Shown here one piece after another: positions 58,684 through 64,000 of a stretch of DNA of 64,000 nucleotides. Positions within the stretch are counted from its first letter, which is position 1; each line of letters begins with the position of its first letter. Under the pieces are notes generated by a model, which made no database searches, was not told the DNA's origin, and worked only from the letters and a program-made list of their open reading frames with translations. This stretch comes from an uncultured Candidatus Saccharibacteria bacterium (GTDB lineage Bacteria > Patescibacteriota > Minisyncoccia > SW-4-49-11): assembly GCA_964585065.1 (NCBI GenBank), contig CAZPCB010000002.1:1006-65005 (forward strand), in the 5' to 3' direction. The translations under genes were made by a program, and so were the position numbers.

Positions 58684-59452
58684 AACCATATCATTCATTA
58701 TAGTCTCATATAAGACGAAACATTATCTAGAAGATTGTATCAAAGCTATTATCTCATCTACCACAGGAGATTATGAGATAATAGTAGTCGAGAATAATTC
58801 AAGAGAGAATTTAGATAGCCTCCAAGACTTATCCACAGAAAGAATACATATTGTGTATTCAGATAAAAATGCTGGATTTGGAGCCGGAGTAAATATAGGA
58901 GCCACTAAAGCTACAGGTTACTGGCTATGCTTTATTAATCCCGACACCAGAATACAAGGAGATATCCACACTTTATCCACAATGAGTGAAAATACGGGGA
59001 TAATTGGACTGGCTCTTGTGGATAACAATAATCATATACAAGATTATCAGTATGGAGCTTTCCCCACACCACAAAGTATAATCACCAATACTGCTAAAAA
59101 GACTTGGCAAATGCCCACAGATCAGACGATTTCTACCGATTGGGTAAGTGGAGGGTCACTATGTATAGAGACTGCTTTATTCCGCGAACTTGGAGGTTTT
59201 GATGAGCAATTCTTTATGTATTATGAAGATATAGATTTATGCCAGCGAGCTAAACAAATAGACAGAGACATAGAATGGACACAACAAATAACTGTCTGGC
59301 ATCAAGAAGGTGGATCTGAGAGTAATATCAAGAGAACCAAGGAGAGATATTATACTGCCCAGAGAAAATATATCGCAAAATGGTATAGTGATTATTGGAA
59401 TCTCCTCCTAATGCCAATACATTTGGGATTATTAATCAGAGGAAAGTTTTAA
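58661..59452 (+). CDS. family 2 glycosyltransferase
   Basis: FIIVSYKT..YEIIVVENNS, DxD region (YYEDIDL); overlaps the flippase gene by 23 nt. Confidence 0.75.
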   Translation: MPSIFKNKTISFIIVSYKTKHYLEDCIKAIISSTTGDYEIIVVENNSRENLDSLQDLSTERIHIVYSDKNAGFGAGVNIGATKATGYWLCFINPDTRIQGDIHTLSTMSENTGIIGLALVDNNNHIQDYQYGAFPTPQSIITNTAKKTWQMPTDQTISTDWVSGGSLCIETALFRELGGFDEQFFMYYEDIDLCQRAKQIDRDIEWTQQITVWHQEGGSESNIKRTKERYYTAQRKYIAKWYSDYWNLLLMPIHLGLLIRGKF

Positions 59453-59510
59453 AACTTAGATTTTAAAGGTATAATATAGCAAGTAGTCGTAATAATGTAT
59501 AAATCTGGGT

Positions 59511-60377
59511 ATGAATTTAGAAGATAATGTAAATAAACATAATAATTATGTCATTAACCCCCTAACTAATGAGGAGTTAAATGGTTTTTTAGATGATAAA
59601 TCAAGAGATATTATTAAATATTTTATTGTTAAGTCATTATTTTCTCAGCCTGAACCAAAATTAGATCAAAATCAAATCCCCATACAGATACCTAAAGAAC
59701 ATGTTGAACAATGGTTTACACAAGCTCTCAATGTTCACTCTGTTGGTGCTGGTTCATACCCTATTGATATATATAACTTGGAACAAAAATGGGGTGCAGA
59801 TATTAAGATGTTAAATATTAAAGTAGATAAATTTGGAAATATTACAAATAGTAGTAGTGGTGAAGCTTCTCTAGGTCAAAAATTTACAGGACCAGGCATT
59901 GATCTAGATACTTGGTTTGCTCAAAAAGAATATAAAAAAATTAAAGATAGTTGGGTTAATCTATACAATGAGAAATATAACTCAATTAAAGATAAATATG
60001 AAATTAATAAAATCTATTACTTTTTTATACTAAGACCAGGTACTCAGGTAGAGGGGGCAGATTTCTATTTTACAGGAGCTATTATTGATTTAGATAATCT
60101 TCATAAGATTGAAGTTAATAAGAAAAAAACAACGAGTAAATCTGTATTTCTAAATCATTTTATCGATAATGATTATGGGAACATAAAGATTTATAAAGCA
60201 AAGAAAAGACTTGAGCTGAGACTAAATCCAAAGAAATGGATAGAAAATGGATTTTCTCTTAAAATATCTACTTCATTTCAAAATAAACCTATTAATCTAA
60301 GAGACGACTATACAGATAGTTATCTAGATGATCGTATAGATCAATTAAAAAATGTCACTATTAACTTTATAGAATAA
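59511..60377 (+). CDS. hypothetical protein; candidate partner (restriction endonuclease?) of the convergent LexA-methyltransferase
   Basis: 288-aa ORF ending 6 bp from the methyltransferase stop codon; no recognisable motif, so the assignment is positional only. Confidence 0.25.
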   Translation: MNLEDNVNKHNNYVINPLTNEELNGFLDDKSRDIIKYFIVKSLFSQPEPKLDQNQIPIQIPKEHVEQWFTQALNVHSVGAGSYPIDIYNLEQKWGADIKMLNIKVDKFGNITNSSSGEASLGQKFTGPGIDLDTWFAQKEYKKIKDSWVNLYNEKYNSIKDKYEINKIYYFFILRPGTQVEGADFYFTGAIIDLDNLHKIEVNKKKTTSKSVFLNHFIDNDYGNIKIYKAKKRLELRLNPKKWIENGFSLKISTSFQNKPINLRDDYTDSYLDDRIDQLKNVTINFIE

Positions 60378-60383
60378 CTAAAT

Positions 60384-61952
60384 CTATTTCATTGCTTTCA
60401 TCATTTGTTTAGCAACAGCTTCAATAACGGGTACACTAACTGAATTCCCCGCTTGTTTATATAATGCAGAATCTGAAATATTTGGCAAAACATAATTCTT
60501 AGGAAATCCTTGAATTCTAAAGCACTCCAAAGGGGTTAACTTTCTAATACCTTTAGAATCCTTAATTATAGGTACATTATGTCCACCCATACCCATATTT
60601 GCAGTTAGTGTTGGACAAACCCCACTTTTATTTTCTCTAACATATTGTCTACGCCACTGGTAAACCTTTCCTTCTTCAACTACAAAATCTTTAAGTCTCT
60701 CAAATAGAGGTTTATTATTGTAATAATATTTTTCAGGAACATCTTTTTCCAGAAGATTAATAATATTTGTGGTTAGCTTTACTGGAGTAGGAAATTCAAA
60801 CTTATCAAAATAATATTTATTTTTAAAGCCTACAATATAAATCCGCTCTCTATTTTGTGGAATATTCCCATACTCCATGGTATTTAGAACCTTAGACCTT
60901 ACATAATAACCTAGTGATCTAAGAGTTTCCTCAATTACTTTGAATGTATTTCCCCCATCATGACTTTTTAGATTTTTAACATTTTCAAGCATAAATCCTT
61001 CTGGTTTTCTAGCTTCAATAATTTTTGCTATATCAAAAAATAAGTTACCTCTATTTTTGGGATCATCAAAACCTTTTCTATAGCCAGCAATTGAAAATGC
61101 CTGACAAGGAAATCCCCCTAAAATAAAGTCAAATTTGGGTAAATCATCTATTCCAACCTTTCGAATATCTTCTACAACAAGTTTAGATTTTTTAAAGTTT
61201 ACATCATAGGTATCTTTACATTTCGCATCAAAATCATTTGCAAATACCGTTTCAAATCCAGCATTTTCAAAACCAAGACGAATCCCCCCTACTCCAGCAA
61301 AAAGATCAATAGTCCTAAATCTAGGTATATTTTTTTGAATTTCTGGATGTATAGATTGATTAACAATATTGCTAATTACTTGAACTACAACACCTCTCAC
61401 CTCAACTTCTTTTCTATAAAATGGTAAAAGGTTTTGATTTCTAGGCTCAAGTCTAAACCTATCTTTTTCCCGATAGATTTTTTTTAGTGTGGCTTCATTA
61501 TCATCTATGATAGCAACCACAGTCTGCCCATTTTCTGCAACAGACTGCTTTTTAATAATAACAATATCACCATCAAAAATACCCTCATCAACCATACTAT
61601 CACCAGCTACTTTTAAAGCATAATAACCTTCAGAGGATCTAATACTAGGATTTACAATTGAAACCGTATTATCAATATTTTCTATTGCTTCGATAGGGCT
61701 TCCTGCAGCGATAATCCCAATAATAGGTATCTCTAGTATAGATTTTACATTTATTTGTGGAGACAAGGTTCTTGCTGAGTTTGAGAGATAACCTTTTAAT
61801 TTTAAGGTATTAATATGCTCATGAACTGTCGATACAGCCTTAAGATTTAAGTGTTTACGAATCTCTTCTATGGTAGGAGCTACACCAACCTCATTGATAT
61901 ATGAAGTTATGAAATCAAATACCTCTTTTTGTTTTTTTGTTAGTGTTGACAT
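60384..61952 (-). CDS. fusion protein: complete LexA-like repressor (wHTH + S24 autopeptidase) fused to a C5-cytosine DNA methyltransferase
   Basis: Residues 1-~195 carry LexA features: an N-terminal HTH, an AAG cleavage site (GIIAAGSP), Ser (GDSM) and Lys (ATLKK). Residues ~205-522 carry methyltransferase motifs I DLFAGVGG, IV GGFPCQAFS, VI ENV, VIII QNRERIYIVG, X GNSV. It is a single stop-free frame with an ATG start. Confidence 0.75.
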   Translation of the reverse strand: MSTLTKKQKEVFDFITSYINEVGVAPTIEEIRKHLNLKAVSTVHEHINTLKLKGYLSNSARTLSPQINVKSILEIPIIGIIAAGSPIEAIENIDNTVSIVNPSIRSSEGYYALKVAGDSMVDEGIFDGDIVIIKKQSVAENGQTVVAIIDDNEATLKKIYREKDRFRLEPRNQNLLPFYRKEVEVRGVVVQVISNIVNQSIHPEIQKNIPRFRTIDLFAGVGGIRLGFENAGFETVFANDFDAKCKDTYDVNFKKSKLVVEDIRKVGIDDLPKFDFILGGFPCQAFSIAGYRKGFDDPKNRGNLFFDIAKIIEARKPEGFMLENVKNLKSHDGGNTFKVIEETLRSLGYYVRSKVLNTMEYGNIPQNRERIYIVGFKNKYYFDKFEFPTPVKLTTNIINLLEKDVPEKYYYNNKPLFERLKDFVVEEGKVYQWRRQYVRENKSGVCPTLTANMGMGGHNVPIIKDSKGIRKLTPLECFRIQGFPKNYVLPNISDSALYKQAGNSVSVPVIEAVAKQMMKAMK

Positions 61953-62033
61953 ATTGACAATATTATTTATTTTCGCTACAATTATATTATATCCGAAAAA
62001 TAACCGAAATGTAAAGCTTAGTTATCCACAATT

Positions 62034-62222
62034 ATGGACAGAGATAAAAAAATTAAATATTGGATAGATAGATTAATAATAAAAAATGCTGGAGTGCATT
62101 TATTTATATTCATTACGATATGTGCAATTCCATTAGCAGGATTTGAGATATTATTGAATGGTTATTATCAATTAGCATTTGTATCAACTGTAATTATAGA
62201 AGCATTAAATCCGACAAAATAG
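62034..62222 (+). CDS. possible small membrane protein
   Basis: 62-aa ORF with one hydrophobic segment. Confidence 0.25.
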   Translation: MDRDKKIKYWIDRLIIKNAGVHLFIFITICAIPLAGFEILLNGYYQLAFVSTVIIEALNPTK

Positions 62223-62266
62223 AGTAGTTAATAAGGCCTAATCAATAGAAGAGACAATCGAGTAGT

Positions 62267-62509
62267 ATGACAAAAGATGAGGTGATACGTAAATTAAAGA
62301 ATAAAATAGCTGAACTTCAATTAGAGCCCGATACATTGATTGAAAGCACAACTGATAATACCGATATATTATCTTTGGTAGATAAATATAATCTTATGGT
62401 ACATATGATGAATAAAGCTGTTGATACTCAATTGGAATATATCCCTTATGAGCCTACTATACAGGAAATAGATGATATAATAGCTAGAAATAATACTCTG
62501 AGTAATTAG
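62267..62509 (+). CDS. hypothetical small protein
   Basis: 80-aa ORF. Confidence 0.35.
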   Translation: MTKDEVIRKLKNKIAELQLEPDTLIESTTDNTDILSLVDKYNLMVHMMNKAVDTQLEYIPYEPTIQEIDDIIARNNTLSN

Positions 62510-63042
62510 AGCTTTAAAAACTTTTGTATAAAAATATAATCTCTCATAATATTAAAAGCAGTATTATAAAATTTCACTTCTCCACGCAATAGCTGGGCTT
62601 TTTGTTCTTCAAAAAGCTGTATTACTTTATCTAAAGGTAAAACAAGAGTATAAAGTCCATTTTTTGACTCACTATCTGTTAATTGAGGCTTATCTTTGTC
62701 TCCAATTATATGAGCTGTATAGCAGTAATTGATATTATGTCTATTATCTCGAGTACGATAATCATCTACTACTCCTATTTCTTTACCAATCTCAACAGTA
62801 TAGCCAGTTTCTTCTCTACATTCTCGAATAATACCGTCAATAATTGATTCATTTTTCTCTATTCCACCACCAGGGAGAATAAAGAAAGAGTTTATTGTGT
62901 TTCCAATTAATACAATTTCATGAGAATTGTTTAATATAATAGCTTTCCCTGTAATACGATCTTTAAAAGTCTGATTTTCATTCACAGATGGTTGTTTATC
63001 AGGGAAAATATCTTTTTCTGTAAATGTTTTTAGATGTTCCAT
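62506..63042 (-). CDS. NUDIX hydrolase
   Basis: Nudix box GGGIEKNESIIDGIIRECREETGY. Confidence 0.85.
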   Translation of the reverse strand: MEHLKTFTEKDIFPDKQPSVNENQTFKDRITGKAIILNNSHEIVLIGNTINSFFILPGGGIEKNESIIDGIIRECREETGYTVEIGKEIGVVDDYRTRDNRHNINYCYTAHIIGDKDKPQLTDSESKNGLYTLVLPLDKVIQLFEEQKAQLLRGEVKFYNTAFNIMRDYIFIQKFLKL

Positions 63043-63103
63043 AAGGTTGAAAATAATTATTTGTATAATAACATAGGATTAAGAATAGAACTATTTATCA
63101 AAC

Positions 63104-63130
63104 AAAAAAGCCCCGCGATGTACGGGGCTG
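63104..63130 (-). terminator. rho-independent terminator in minus orientation (agccccg-tacatcg-cggggct + T6)
   Basis: Plus strand aaaaaagccccgcgatgtacggggct; terminates the GC-rich minus-strand mini-locus above it. Confidence 0.65.
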
Positions 63131-63222
63131 GGTGTGTGAGGTGAGGATTTGGAGGGATTAGCCGTCTTCCTCTGGATCTTCATCAAAGAAGGTATCTCTC
63201 AATACGGGATTTGTCCTCCCTA

Positions 63223-63414
63223 TCATCTCCAGGATAACTCCAACATAATGGGAGTTGTCATCTGTATGAGATGGGGGGGGATGGTGTCTCCTTCTACCCA
63301 TAAGGGGTCAGTGACCTCTACAACTTCTCCTGGTGTGGGAGTTGTGTAGAGATAGGCTGATCCACCCCAGAGAGCTTTTCGGCTCTCCGAAAAGTAACCA
63401 TGAAAAGGTGTCAT
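63223..63414 (-). CDS. small GC-rich ORF (~63 aa from the ATG) containing a C8 homopolymer
   Basis: The track ORF 63223-63429 starts at a TTG; ATG at 63414. About 50% GC versus ~30% in the flanks. Coding-strand C8 at 63273-63280. Confidence 0.3.
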   Translation of the reverse strand: MTPFHGYFSESRKALWGGSAYLYTTPTPGEVVEVTDPLWVEGDTIPPHLIQMTTPIMLELSWR

Positions 63415-63442
63415 TGTAGTTGTGAACAATCAAAACAGTAAT

Positions 63443-63481
63443 ACCCTAACATATTTTTTGGTGTTTGTCAATAACTATCAA
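63443..63481 (-). promoter_or_regulatory. promoter-like element on the minus strand: TTGATAgttaTTGACA, then 17 bp, then TAGGGT; same architecture as 3923-3961
   Basis: Plus-strand ttgtcaataactatcaa at 63465-63481. Confidence 0.35.
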
Positions 63482-63510
63482 CAAACACAATGGTGATATA
63501 GCGTAATATA

Positions 63511-63834
63511 TTATTCTCCTCCTTCAGATTCTCCTTCGCCTCCTCCAATAGTAAAGGTAGAGATAATTTGTTCTCGAACTGCAGAGATATTAGCTTGAAT
63601 AATTTCGGAAATAATATTCTGGGATTCTTGTTTTCCTTGCTCTATTCCTTCTTGTGCAATTTGTTCTCCTTCTTCAATAATAGGAGCAGATATATTAGCG
63701 ACAGGTTCAGAAAGATTGGCAATATTGGGCTTAATAAGGGTATTAAATGCTATAGCTCCTCCAACAAATCCTATAATAAGAAATATTCCAAGACCTATAA
63801 GGGTAAATAGTATGAATTTAGGTATTTTAGACAT
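63511..63834 (-). CDS. small membrane-anchored protein with an acidic C-terminal tail
   Basis: From the ATG at 63834 (MSKIPKFILFTLIGLGIFLIIGF...GGGEGESEGGE). Confidence 0.4.
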   Translation of the reverse strand: MSKIPKFILFTLIGLGIFLIIGFVGGAIAFNTLIKPNIANLSEPVANISAPIIEEGEQIAQEGIEQGKQESQNIISEIIQANISAVREQIISTFTIGGGEGESEGGE

Positions 63835-64000
63835 ATTGAAATAATTAATTATGTTCATATAGTATAGCATAATTATAGAATAGAAAACACTTACATATAG
63901 CACAATTCTGGACAAAAGAGTATAATGAATCTATATAATCTGAATATATGATAGGATATTGGATATTAATAGCTAGCGTTATCACAGGGCAAATTACCCG

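Noticed and set aside
61953-62070. Search for a LexA/SOS box (CTGT-N8-ACAG or GAAC-N4-GTTC) upstream of the LexA-methyltransferase gene
   Set aside because: No convincing palindrome of either type was found by eye; the operator, if any, may be lineage-specific.
63131-63430. GC-rich patches (3745-3900, 63131-63430) tested by eye against RNase P RNA, tmRNA, SRP RNA and common riboswitch cores
   Set aside because: No P4 (AGGAAAGUCCGGGCUCC), tmRNA tag/tRNA-like ends, SRP domain IV or glycine/TPP/SAM signature strings were recognisable. A covariance-model search would be decisive.

Overview
This is an AT-rich (roughly 30-35% GC by eye) bacterial chromosomal segment that includes the replication origin. 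The clearest unusual feature is a single 522-aa ORF (60384-61952) fusing a complete LexA repressor to a C5-cytosine DNA methyltransferase. dnaA-dnaN (minus strand) diverge from rpmH-rnpA-yidC (plus strand), with DnaA-box-like 9-mers in both flanking intergenic regions. Core genes present include dnaE, uvrB, prfB-ftsE-ftsX-dcd, ychF, rpsF-ssb-rpsR-rpsT, alr, holA, comM, two ABC exporters, a Wzx-like flippase, a GT2 glycosyltransferase and a LysM-M23 peptidase. There are also many small membrane-anchored or secreted hypotheticals. The gene repertoire and compactness fit a small-genome, possibly Patescibacteria/CPR-like organism using the standard genetic code; this is inference only. Six things stand out. 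(1) The LexA-methyltransferase ORF lies convergent with an unassigned 288-aa ORF that may be a restriction enzyme. (2) A ~3.6 kb GC-rich island (7.5-11.1 kb) encodes cyanobacterial-type aldehyde-deformylating oxygenase, a delta-9 desaturase and a CFA-synthase-like methyltransferase. (3) tRNA-Asn(GTT) is followed by two tandem 182-bp repeats that each regenerate the tRNA 3' end; a third diverged copy shows compensatory stem substitutions, and pseudo-tRNA-3' fragments are scattered to the right. (4) Two GC-rich minus-strand mini-loci share promoter architecture and have their own terminators; one encodes a 26-aa Gly-rich peptide just upstream of M16 and S9-type peptidase genes. (5) Homopolymeric C tracts (C12 upstream of a secreted repeat protein, C8 inside a small ORF). 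(6) A Memo-like/CapA fusion protein next to a divergent beta-carbonic-anhydrase-like protein.
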